53,329 bases of DNA, from the NCBI GenBank assembly GCA_041164085.1, contig JBEAQC010000054.1:1-53329 (forward strand), given 5' to 3'. The notes under the pieces are model-generated. The model made no database searches, was not told where the DNA came from, and saw nothing but the letters and a program-made list of their open reading frames with translations. Below, piece after piece: positions 29,137 through 37,301 of the stretch; within the stretch, counting starts at the first letter, position 1; every line of letters starts with the position of its first letter. Source of the DNA: Actinomycetota bacterium. GTDB taxonomy: Bacteria > Actinomycetota > Actinomycetes > S36-B12. The position numbers were made by a program, and so were the translations under genes.

Positions 29137-30362
29137 GCTCGATCACCTCGGAGGTCCCAGACGACGAGTTCGTCGCGTTCGCGCACGCGGTCGACGCCCA
29201 CGGGGACAACGGCGAGACCGTCGGCTCGCGCAAGGCCGCCGATGATGTGCGAGCCCTGGCCGCCCTCAGGCTCTGCCATGAGCAGACCGTCATGCGTGTG
29301 GGTCCTCACGCGCGCGAACTGCGTCTTGCCGGGTGGCGAGGTGAACTCGCGCGCGCAGATGGCGTGAAGGATCGGGCGGTCCAGGAACTCGAAGCCGAGC
29401 ATTCGACGGATCACGGGCCTGACGAAGACCTCGAACGACACGAAAGAACTCACGGGGTTGCCGGGGAGGGTGATGATGGGGGTCGTGCCGACCCGCCCAG
29501 ATCCCTGCGGCATCCCCGGCTGCATGGCCACCTTGACGAAATCCACGCCCCCCATGCGGGACAGCACCGCCTTGACGGTGTCGTAGGCACCCATGCTGAC
29601 ACCCCCGGAAGTGAGGATGAGGTCGCTCTTCTCCGCCTCCTCGCGCAGGATGCGCTCGAGGGTTGCCTCGTCATCGGGGACCGGCCCGATCCTGACTCCC
29701 TCCGCTCCGGCTTCACGGACGGCAGCCGTGAGCATGTAGCTGTTGGAGTCGACGATCTGGCCAGGGCCGGGTGGCACTCCAGGATCTACGAGTTCGTCCC
29801 CGGTCGAGATCACGGCGACCCGAGGTCGGCGGTGCACCGGGATGTCTGCGAGGCCCACGGCCGCCAGCATCGCGATGACGCGCGCATTGATCGGTGTGCC
29901 CGAATCGAGGACCACCTCACCGGCCGCGACGTCCTCGGCGCGGCGACGCACATGCGCACCGAGGTCAGGTGCACGCGTCACGGTGACGACGTCGGTGGCT
30001 CCGTCCGTCCATTCCACCGGGACGACGGCGTCTGCACCGTCGGGGATCGGCGCTCCGGTCATGATCCGGATCGCCGTGCCGGGCTCCAGTCGTGCCTGAG
30101 CCTCCTGCCCGGCAGCAAGATCCCCGTGCACCGGAAGTCGCACCGGCGCCGCATCCGTGGCGCCCTCGAGGTCGACCGCGCGGACGGCGTACCCATCCAT
30201 GGAGCTGTTATCGAAGGACGGCAGCGGCCAGGTTGCGGCAACAGCCTCGGCCAGCACGAGCCCGTCCGCGGCAAGGAGAGGCACCTGCTGACCGGTGAGA
30301 GGGTTCGCCTGGGCGAGCACGATCCGCTGGTGCTCCTCAACCGACCTCATGTCAGTCACCAT
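29133..30362 (-). CDS. moeA: Molybdopterin molybdotransferase
   Basis: 409 aa. SMDGYAVR, STGDEL and SGGVSMGAYD motifs. Confidence 0.93.
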   Translation of the reverse strand: MVTDMRSVEEHQRIVLAQANPLTGQQVPLLAADGLVLAEAVAATWPLPSFDNSSMDGYAVRAVDLEGATDAAPVRLPVHGDLAAGQEAQARLEPGTAIRIMTGAPIPDGADAVVPVEWTDGATDVVTVTRAPDLGAHVRRRAEDVAAGEVVLDSGTPINARVIAMLAAVGLADIPVHRRPRVAVISTGDELVDPGVPPGPGQIVDSNSYMLTAAVREAGAEGVRIGPVPDDEATLERILREEAEKSDLILTSGGVSMGAYDTVKAVLSRMGGVDFVKVAMQPGMPQGSGRVGTTPIITLPGNPVSSFVSFEVFVRPVIRRMLGFEFLDRPILHAICAREFTSPPGKTQFARVRTHTHDGLLMAEPEGGQGSHIIGGLARADGLAVVPVGVDRVRERDELVVWDLRGDRA

Positions 30363-31227
30363 CCTCGAGAGCGTGCGGAAGCCACGCGCGCAGCGCGGGA
30401 CCGAGATCCTCGCGCTCGAGGGCGAGGCGGATCACGGCTTGGAGATAGGACAGCCGGTCTCCGGTGTCGTAACGCCGTCCACTGAAGAGAACGCCGTGAA
30501 CTCGCCCCGCGAGCGCGAGTTCGCGCAACGCGTCGGTCAACTGGATCTCCCCGCCGCGACCAGGAGGGGTGCGCTCAAGGACGGAGAAGATCTCGGGGTC
30601 GAGGATGTAGCGGCCGATGACGGCGAGGGAACTCGGAGCGGAGGCAGCGTCGGGTTTCTCGACGAGGTCGGTCACCCGGACGACTCCGTCGGAGTCGCCG
30701 GACTCGACAGCCGCGCAGCCGTAGAGCGAGATCTGATCTCGCGGCACCTCCATCAGGCACAGCACCGATCCGCCGAGTCGATTACGCACATCGATCATGT
30801 GCTGGAGCACAGGATCCCTCGGATCGATCAGGTCATCTCCGAGCAGGACGGCGAAGGGCTCGCCTCCGACATGCTGCTCTGCGACATGGACAGCGTGACC
30901 GAGGCCGAGGGCGTCGCCCTGTCGGACGTAGTGGATGCGAGCGAGGTCATTGGACTCCGTAACGCTACGCAGGCGTGCGTCGTCACCCTTGGCCTCAAGG
31001 GCGGCCTCGAGCTCGAGGTTGCGATCGAAGTGATCCTCGAGCGGTCGCTTGCTGCGGCCCGTGACGAACAGGATGTCATCGAGGCCCGCGGCGACCGCCT
31101 CCTCGACGACGTACTGGATGGCGGGCTTGTCGACCACGGGGAGCATTTCCTTGGGCGTGGCCTTGGTCGCGGGAAGGAACCGCGTGCCGAGACCGGCCGC
31201 GGGGATGACCGCCGTGGTCACGCGCAT
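30352..31227 (-). CDS. galU: UTP--glucose-1-phosphate uridylyltransferase
   Basis: 291 aa. AVIPAAGLGTRFLPATKATPKEMLPVVDKPAIQYVVEEA. Confidence 0.95.
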   Translation of the reverse strand: MRVTTAVIPAAGLGTRFLPATKATPKEMLPVVDKPAIQYVVEEAVAAGLDDILFVTGRSKRPLEDHFDRNLELEAALEAKGDDARLRSVTESNDLARIHYVRQGDALGLGHAVHVAEQHVGGEPFAVLLGDDLIDPRDPVLQHMIDVRNRLGGSVLCLMEVPRDQISLYGCAAVESGDSDGVVRVTDLVEKPDAASAPSSLAVIGRYILDPEIFSVLERTPPGRGGEIQLTDALRELALAGRVHGVLFSGRRYDTGDRLSYLQAVIRLALEREDLGPALRAWLPHALEDGD

Positions 31228-31252
31228 GGGGACACCCTAGGAGAATGTCGGC

Positions 31253-31834
31253 GTGAGCACCCCCGACACCGGTCCATCCACGGTCAAGGCCCTTGCCCGC
31301 AAGGAGGCGCGGGCGCGGCGTCGATCCGAGCAGCGACCCGATCCGGGGGCGATCGCCGAGCGAGTACTGGCCTGGCTCGTCGAGGTTCCCGGGCCCCCGA
31401 GAGTCACGTGCTACGCCTCCTATGGCACCGAGCCCGACACGAGCGCACTGCGCGTAGCCCTGGCCGATGCGGGATTCGAGGTGCTGCTGCCTCGCGTAGC
31501 GGACGCTCAACTCGAGTGGGTGCTCGATGGCCCGTCGACGCAGGTGTCGGCCATGGGCATCGACGAGCCCACGGGACCGAGCGTCGCGCTCTCCCCTGTC
31601 CGCGCCATGCTCATCCCCGCCCTTGCCGTCACGCCCGATGGTGATCGGCTCGGCAAGGGCGGCGGCTACTACGACCGTGTCCTGGCAGAGCTCGGTGCGA
31701 CCCGCCCGGTCATTGCGGCGATCGTGCACGATGCCGACGTGATCGAGCAGGTGCCGAGCGAGCCGCATGATCGCCCAGTCGACTGCATCGTCACGCCCAC
31801 ACGGCTGATCGACTGCTCACGCCCTCTCGACTAG
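31253..31834 (+). CDS. 5-formyltetrahydrofolate cyclo-ligase
   Basis: 193 aa. LLPR...DEP...GKGGGYYDR motifs. Confidence 0.88.
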   Translation: MSTPDTGPSTVKALARKEARARRRSEQRPDPGAIAERVLAWLVEVPGPPRVTCYASYGTEPDTSALRVALADAGFEVLLPRVADAQLEWVLDGPSTQVSAMGIDEPTGPSVALSPVRAMLIPALAVTPDGDRLGKGGGYYDRVLAELGATRPVIAAIVHDADVIEQVPSEPHDRPVDCIVTPTRLIDCSRPLD

Positions 31835-32181
31835 GACCCGATCGCACGCGCTAAGAGCAAGCCGGCGGCGACAGCGGCGATGCTGCCCGTCACGGAGACC
31901 ACGACATTGGCGCCCGCGGCGGGGGTGCGGCCCTCCCTGGCCAGGAGAAGGGTGTCGAGCGCGAAGGTCGAGAAGGTCGTCAACGCTCCGCAGAAGCCAA
32001 CGCCGAGAAAGAGGTAGACGTCGTCCTGTGCCCGCACGAGGAGGATCCCGAGCAGGAAGGAGCCGATGACGTTGGCGGTGAGAATCGACCACGGGAATCG
32101 CGCGCGCCACGCCGAGGCCAGTGCGTAGCGAGCAGTGGCACCCAGCGCGGCTCCCACCGCGACGAGCGCGATGCCGATCAT
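31831..32181 (-). CDS. crcB: Fluoride efflux transporter CrcB (second subunit)
   Basis: 116 aa, 4 TM. GALGATARY and GFCGALTTFSTF motifs. Confidence 0.92.
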   Translation of the reverse strand: MIGIALVAVGAALGATARYALASAWRARFPWSILTANVIGSFLLGILLVRAQDDVYLFLGVGFCGALTTFSTFALDTLLLAREGRTPAAGANVVVSVTGSIAAVAAGLLLARAIGS

Positions 32182-32576
32182 GAGGCACCTCGCGCGGCTC
32201 TCCGATGTTCGCCCAGCGCCACACCAAGACGCACCGCTACGAGCCCGCCCACCAGGCTCGCCACGATGTACGCCGCGGCCGCCACGCCTTGACCGTCGTC
32301 GACAAGAGTCACCGCATCACCGGCGAAGGCTGAGAAGGTGGTGAATCCGCCCAGCAGGCCGATGCCGACGAGCGGTCGCCAGAGGGGATGGCGGCCAGGA
32401 TCAGCGAGAATGGCCGCGACCAACAGGCCCATCGCCAGGCATCCGGCAACGTTGACCACAAGCGTGGCCCACGGCGATGCGAGGCCGAGCGCCTGAGTCA
32501 CGAGATCGACGCCGTGACGACCGAGTGCACCCAACGCTCCTCCGAGGGCTACGGCCCCGGCCCCACGGATGTCCAC
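32178..32576 (-). CDS. crcB: Fluoride efflux transporter CrcB (first subunit)
   Basis: 132 aa, 4 TM. GGALGALGRH and GLLGGFTTFSAF motifs. ATGA overlap with the second crcB. Confidence 0.92.
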   Translation of the reverse strand: MDIRGAGAVALGGALGALGRHGVDLVTQALGLASPWATLVVNVAGCLAMGLLVAAILADPGRHPLWRPLVGIGLLGGFTTFSAFAGDAVTLVDDGQGVAAAAYIVASLVGGLVAVRLGVALGEHRRAARGAS

Positions 32577-32599
32577 CGATCAGGCGTCCGATCAGGCGT
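32576..32599. repeat. Perfect 12-bp tandem duplication (CCGATCAGGCGT x2) spanning the permease stop and crcB start
   Basis: 32576..32587 and 32588..32599 are identical. On the minus strand this reads GAC GCC TGA TCG GAC GCC TGA TCG GTG, which gives two in-frame stops followed by the crcB GTG. Confidence 0.85.
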
Positions 32600-33341
32600 C
32601 GCGGCGCACGAAGAGGACCCAGGCGGGGATCGCGAGTAGCAGGAACCAGCCCCCGAAGACAGCGAGATGGCCCCACGCTTCCGCACCGTCCGTGGACACG
32701 GCGGCGGCTCCCCCCGAGAACGGCAGTACCCAGTCGATCCAGGTCCATCCCTGGACGAAGGCGATCGTGCTGATGATCGGCTCGATGAGGACGGCGAGCA
32801 CGATCGGTCCAATGATCCCCAGTGGCTGATTGCGCGTCAGCGCTGTGAGCGCGAAGGCGATGAGGACGAACAGGACGACGTAGAGCACGGCGCGCACCCC
32901 TGACGCACCCCAGGCTGTCTCGTCCCACACGACGCCCGTGCCCGAGATCACTCCCCCCAGAGCCTGAGCGAGCACGATCGTCACGATGGCAAGAACCGCG
33001 GCCACCACGATGACGCCACTCACCATGAGCGCCTTGGCGAGGAAGACGGGCGTCCGCCGGGGGAAGATCGCCAGCGTGATCCGGATGAGCCCGTGCCGGT
33101 ACTCCTGACCGAAGGCCGCGGCTCCGATGGCGCAGAGGATCGCGGCGGTGAGCGGGAGGAAGCCCGCTAGCCCACCGGCTTCTCCGTCCGGCGGGCCACC
33201 AGCGTCGGAGCCGAGGTTGCCGACGAGCCACGACACGAAGAGCGCGAGCCCCGCAGGGACGAGCATGGCGAAGCCGATGAGCGCCCACGTCGAGCGCACG
33301 GTGCTGATGCGCACCCATTCGTAGCGCAGCTCCCCCGTCAT
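32592..33341 (-). CDS. ABC-2 type transporter permease
   Basis: 249 aa, about 6 TM helices. ATGA overlap with the upstream ATPase stop. Confidence 0.85.
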   Translation of the reverse strand: MTGELRYEWVRISTVRSTWALIGFAMLVPAGLALFVSWLVGNLGSDAGGPPDGEAGGLAGFLPLTAAILCAIGAAAFGQEYRHGLIRITLAIFPRRTPVFLAKALMVSGVIVVAAVLAIVTIVLAQALGGVISGTGVVWDETAWGASGVRAVLYVVLFVLIAFALTALTRNQPLGIIGPIVLAVLIEPIISTIAFVQGWTWIDWVLPFSGGAAAVSTDGAEAWGHLAVFGGWFLLLAIPAWVLFVRRDA

Positions 33342-34276
33342 GATCCGCTCCCGAAGGCGTACTGCTGTCCGTCGCCGGTCAGCTCCATGAAGGTCTCCTC
33401 CAGGCTCGCCTTGCGATTGGCGAGCTCAAAGATCGTGATCTCCGCGTCGTAGGCGAGCTGGCCGATCTGATCGGTGGTGAGGTCGCTGACGCCGAGGGAG
33501 CCCGACAGGGGCGGCTCGGCCGACCCTTCGGGGCCTTGCGCCTCCTCGGTCACCGTGCCCCCCGCCGCACGCAGCAGCGCCGCCAGACGCGCCGTGTCAT
33601 TGCAGCGGACGACGACGTCGCTGCGCTGCGATACGAGTTCATCGACCGTGCCGTCGGCGACGAGGCGTCCGCGGGCGATGACCACCACGTGATCGGCCAT
33701 GAGTTGCATCTCGCTCAGAAGGTGGCTCGACACGAGCACCGCTCGCCCCTCGGACGCGTAGTGCCGCAGGAACTCGCGTAGCCATTGGATGGACTGGGGA
33801 TCGAGTCCATTGGCCGGCTCATCGAGCATGAGGGCGTGCGGCTCGGCGAGGACCGCGCCCGCGAGACCGAGGCGCTGGGCCATGCCGAGCGAGAAGGTCT
33901 TGGGTCGCTCATCGGCAACGTCGGTCAGGCCGACCATCGCGAGGACCTCGTCGATCCGGGACGCGGGAAGTTTTGCCTCCGTCGCGAGCATGCGAAGGTG
34001 ATCCCTCGCCGTCCGACCGGGCAGGAATGGGCGGGCGTCGAGGTGGGTGCCGACCACCCGACTGGGATGGGCGTGATCGCGCAGGGGCTTGCCGTCGAAG
34101 TCCGTGCGCCCTTCGCCCCGGTCCAGGCCCAGCATGAGTCGCATGGTGGTCGACTTACCCGCGCCATTGGGCCCGAGGAAGCCGGTGACGACGCCGTCCG
34201 GGACAGTGAAGGACAGGTCGTCGACAGCGCGCACGGAGCCAAAGGTCTTGCCGAGGTGCTCGACGAGGATGGCCAC
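33338..34276 (-). CDS. ABC transporter ATP-binding protein (DrrA/ABC-2 exporter type)
   Basis: Walker A GPNGAGKST, signature LSLGMAQRL-like (FSLGMAQRL) and Walker B LMLDEP. I trimmed the track ORF (34420, which would run through the CIRCE site and the divergent start) to GTG 34276, giving (M)AILVEHLGKTFG. Confidence 0.88.
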   Translation of the reverse strand: MAILVEHLGKTFGSVRAVDDLSFTVPDGVVTGFLGPNGAGKSTTMRLMLGLDRGEGRTDFDGKPLRDHAHPSRVVGTHLDARPFLPGRTARDHLRMLATEAKLPASRIDEVLAMVGLTDVADERPKTFSLGMAQRLGLAGAVLAEPHALMLDEPANGLDPQSIQWLREFLRHYASEGRAVLVSSHLLSEMQLMADHVVVIARGRLVADGTVDELVSQRSDVVVRCNDTARLAALLRAAGGTVTEEAQGPEGSAEPPLSGSLGVSDLTTDQIGQLAYDAEITIFELANRKASLEETFMELTGDGQQYAFGSGS

Positions 34277-34332
34277 GATGCGGACCCTACCCGCGTCGGC
34301 GGGGACGCCCTCCTCGTTGTCCCCAGTCTGAC

Positions 34333-34359
34333 TTAGCACTCGTCGGTCACGAGTGCTAA
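34333..34359. promoter_or_regulatory. CIRCE element (HrcA operator)
   Basis: TTAGCACTC-GTCGGTCAC-GAGTGCTAA matches the consensus TTAGCACTC-N9-GAGTGCTAA at 18 of 18 positions. It lies 22 nt upstream of the GTG at 34382. TTAGCA (34333) and TAACAT (34357) could serve as -35 and -10 with an 18-nt spacer. Confidence 0.85.
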
Positions 34360-34381
34360 CATCGCCCGCTGAGGAGGTCCC

Positions 34382-34699
34382 GTGCCCACGTACCAGTACG
34401 CCTGCACCGACTGCGGCCATGAGCTGGAGGCGGTCCAGTCCTTCAGTGACGATGCCCTGACCACCTGCCCCGAGTGCGGTGGCGGGCTGCGCAAGCTCTT
34501 CGGCAATGTCGGCGTCGTCTTCAAGGGCTCGGGCTTCTACCGCAACGACTCGCGGTCGTCGAAGAGCGCAGCCTCCGGCACGGGTTCGACAAGCACATCG
34601 TCGGACAGCGCCTCGTCATCGACGTCATCTCCATCGACCGCACCGTCATCGGCCTCGACCACGTCGTCTTCGTCCTCCTCGTCAACCTCCAGCACCTAG
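34382..34699 (+). CDS. FmdB family zinc-ribbon protein with a Ser-rich disordered tail (Ruc / Rv0991c-like)
   Basis: 105 aa. MPTYQYACTDCGHELEAVQSFSDDALTTCPECGGGLRKLF has two CxxC pairs. The C-terminal ~45 residues are almost entirely Ser/Thr/Ala. GAGGAGG Shine-Dalgarno 4 nt upstream. Confidence 0.9.
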   Translation: MPTYQYACTDCGHELEAVQSFSDDALTTCPECGGGLRKLFGNVGVVFKGSGFYRNDSRSSKSAASGTGSTSTSSDSASSSTSSPSTAPSSASTTSSSSSSSTSST

Positions 34700-34751
34700 T
34701 CGCTGTGGATGGCGGGCGACGCTCGTCGCCCGATCGCCTTACCGTCGCCCC

Positions 34752-35369
34752 ATGATGTCCGTGCGGCTCTTTGTCTATCGATTTCGTCGACCACTAGCAG
34801 GTGCCAGCGCTGCACTGGCGGTACTCATCCTCGCGAGCCTCATCCGTCCTGCTCAGCCACCGATGACCGACCTCGTCGTTGCTGCCACGGACCTCCCCGC
34901 AGGAGCCACCCTCACGGCAGCGGATCTCGACAGGTGGTCGGTGCCGGTCGACTACTCCACTCCCGGCGCCCTCGTCGACCCGGAGGAGGCCGTAGGCGGC
35001 ACGATCTCGAGCGCGCTCGCGGCGGGCGAGGTCATCACGCGAAGTCGCCTCGTGTCGGCATCCACGTTGCCCGCGGGACTCCACGCCGTACCCGTGCGCC
35101 TCGCGGAGGCCGACGTGGCCGACCTGCTCACCCCGGGTACGACGATCGACCTCGTCCTGATCTCCGGGGACAGGGGCGGTGACGGGACTGGCGACGTGGT
35201 GGCCCAGGGCGTCCAGGTGGTGACCGTGCCGCGCCCGGAGTCCTCCGCGGGTCTGGGCTCGCCCGAGCGCCGCGCCGGTAGTCTCATCGTCGTCGCGACC
35301 GATCGCCGCACGGCAATCACCCTCGCGGCGGTGGGCTCGCAGCCAGGCCTCGGTGTCGTCCTGCGCTGA
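34752..35369 (+). CDS. SAF domain-containing protein (CpaB/RcpC-like)
   Basis: 205 aa from ATG 34752. N-terminal TM anchor, then DLVVAATDLPAGATLTAADL..., a SAF domain. The 296-aa track ORF is over-extended through the upstream gene. Confidence 0.75.
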   Translation: MMSVRLFVYRFRRPLAGASAALAVLILASLIRPAQPPMTDLVVAATDLPAGATLTAADLDRWSVPVDYSTPGALVDPEEAVGGTISSALAAGEVITRSRLVSASTLPAGLHAVPVRLAEADVADLLTPGTTIDLVLISGDRGGDGTGDVVAQGVQVVTVPRPESSAGLGSPERRAGSLIVVATDRRTAITLAAVGSQPGLGVVLR

Positions 35370-35414
35370 CCGCCTCACTCACTCCAGTGCACGGTGATCG
35401 GGAGGGACATCCGC

Positions 35415-35828
35415 ATGATCAAGGGCTTCAAGGAATTCGTCTTCCGCGGCAACGTCATCGACCTGGCCGTCGCCGTCGCCGTCGGCACGGCGTTGGCGGC
35501 GCTCGTGGCCGCGGTCACCCAAGCGCTCATCGAGCCGATCGTCGGCTGGATCCTCAGCCTGCTCGGTGGCTCGGACGGCACGATCGGTGGCACGATCACG
35601 CTCGCGGAGGGCTACGAGCTCAACTTCGCCCTCCTCATCGGGGCCGTCATCACCTTCTTCGTCACCCTGGCGGCCCTCTATGTGTTCTTCGTAGCGCCGA
35701 TGAACAAGTACCGCGCCGTGACAGGGCAGGGAGATGTCGACACGCGAACAGCAGACGTGAAACTGCTCGAGGAGATCCGGGATCTGCTGCGTCAGCAGGT
35801 TGAGGGCGGCGCGAAGTCATCCGATTGA
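35415..35828 (+). CDS. mscL: Large-conductance mechanosensitive channel
   Basis: MIKGFKEFVFRGNVIDLAVAVAVGTA is the canonical MscL N-terminus. GGGAGGG upstream of ATG 35415. Confidence 0.95.
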   Translation: MIKGFKEFVFRGNVIDLAVAVAVGTALAALVAAVTQALIEPIVGWILSLLGGSDGTIGGTITLAEGYELNFALLIGAVITFFVTLAALYVFFVAPMNKYRAVTGQGDVDTRTADVKLLEEIRDLLRQQVEGGAKSSD

Positions 35829-35889
35829 CACAAGGACATCCGATCGAGCAGAGCGGCCAGCCAACTAAGCAGGGGGTGCGCCAGACGCC

Positions 35890-37278
35890 CTAGCCATGGT
35901 GCGGGGGGCGCTGCTCGAGGTAGTGACGATCGTCGTAGGCGTCGACGCCTTCGTCGGTGGTGATGTCCGGCAGCAGGCCACTCGACGTTGCTGACGGTCG
36001 CTGCCCTCCGGCGGCCGAGATCGCGTCAGCGATGCCCGCGGACAGCACGTCGATATCCGCCTCGCTGACGACGAACGGCGGAGATATCTGCAGGGCTCCG
36101 GACGCGAGATTGCGGGTGAGGATCCCCCGCTCTCGGAGCCCGGCGAGCACGGCGGCCGGCACGCCCGCCGCCTTGGCATCGGGCGTGTAGTCCACGGCGG
36201 CGAGGAGCCCGACGCCTGCCCTCACCTCCGCGACCACGTCGTAGGAGATGAGTGGTGCGAGGGCCGCACCTAGCCGGTGCTGCAGCCGGTCCACGCGAAC
36301 GACGAGATCCTCGTCATCGACGATGTCGAGGTTGGCCAGGGCGACCGCACACGCCGTCGCGTGAGCGGAATAGGTGTAGCCGTGACGCCACATGACCGGC
36401 TGATCGCGCTTGGACCAGAAGGGCTCGGCGATCCGTCCGGACACCAACACTGCCCCCAGAGGGACGTAGCCGGAGGTGATTCCCTTGGCCGTGAGGATGA
36501 TGTCGGGATCAAGGTCCCAGCGTTCGCTCGCGAACATGGCTCCGGTCCGTCCGTAACCGCAGATGACCTCATCCGCCACGAAGACGACGTCGTGATCGCG
36601 ACAGATCTGACGGGCACGCTCGAGGTAGCCCGAAGGTGGGGCGTAGACCCCACCGGCGCCGATCACCGGCTCGCAAAAGAACGCCGCGATATCGCTGCGA
36701 TCGTCCAACAGCGACGCGAGGGCTTCGGCGTCATCCCAGGGCACCTGGACGACAGCCGGGTCCAAGTCGCCGTGGCCCCACTTGTTGGCCTCGATGCCCG
36801 CGAGGCTCGTCCCCGCCAGGTGCATACCGTGATAGGCGTGTTCGCGCGTGACGATCACGGAGCGGGATGGTTCGTCGCGCTCCGACCAGTAGCGGCGCAC
36901 GAGCTTGACCGCCGTATCGACGCTGTCACTGCCACCACTGGTCAGGAACACCCGTGTGTCCGGCATGGGCGACATGTCAGCGAGCCGAGCGGCGAGGTCG
37001 AGCGCGGGGCGCGTCGCGAGGTCTCCGAAGGACGAGTACGACGCGAGTCGGGACATCTGATCGCGTGCCGCTTCGGCGAGCACCTCACGGCCATGACCGA
37101 CGTTGCAGTACCACAGTCCGGCCGAGGCATCGAGATAGCGGCGCCCTTGCTCATCGACCACGTAGGCGCCCTCACCGCGGGCCAGGACGAGTTCACCCGC
37201 GGCTGAGACCGCGGCCATGTCCGCGAAGGGGTGCCAGAGCCTGGTCCCCTGTGCGTGATCGGCCTTCGCATGCTCCAC
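35890..37278 (-). CDS. Class III (omega-type) PLP-dependent aminotransferase
   Basis: 462 aa. LWHPFADM, GGSDSVDTAVK, DEVICGYGRTG and TAKGITSGYVPLG (the PLP lysine) motifs. Confidence 0.88.
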   Translation of the reverse strand: MEHAKADHAQGTRLWHPFADMAAVSAAGELVLARGEGAYVVDEQGRRYLDASAGLWYCNVGHGREVLAEAARDQMSRLASYSSFGDLATRPALDLAARLADMSPMPDTRVFLTSGGSDSVDTAVKLVRRYWSERDEPSRSVIVTREHAYHGMHLAGTSLAGIEANKWGHGDLDPAVVQVPWDDAEALASLLDDRSDIAAFFCEPVIGAGGVYAPPSGYLERARQICRDHDVVFVADEVICGYGRTGAMFASERWDLDPDIILTAKGITSGYVPLGAVLVSGRIAEPFWSKRDQPVMWRHGYTYSAHATACAVALANLDIVDDEDLVVRVDRLQHRLGAALAPLISYDVVAEVRAGVGLLAAVDYTPDAKAAGVPAAVLAGLRERGILTRNLASGALQISPPFVVSEADIDVLSAGIADAISAAGGQRPSATSSGLLPDITTDEGVDAYDDRHYLEQRPPHHG

Positions 37279-37301
37279 GCGCGCAGGCTAGCGTGACGCC
37301 C

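Noticed and set aside
34277-34381. A fluoride (crcB-motif) riboswitch upstream of the ABC-2/crcB operon or in the 15-nt gap at 32577..32591.
   Set aside because: I could not see the conserved core (GGnGAUGG...CnGAUGAUG-type segments) on the minus strand, and the gap is too short. This was not checked with a covariance model.
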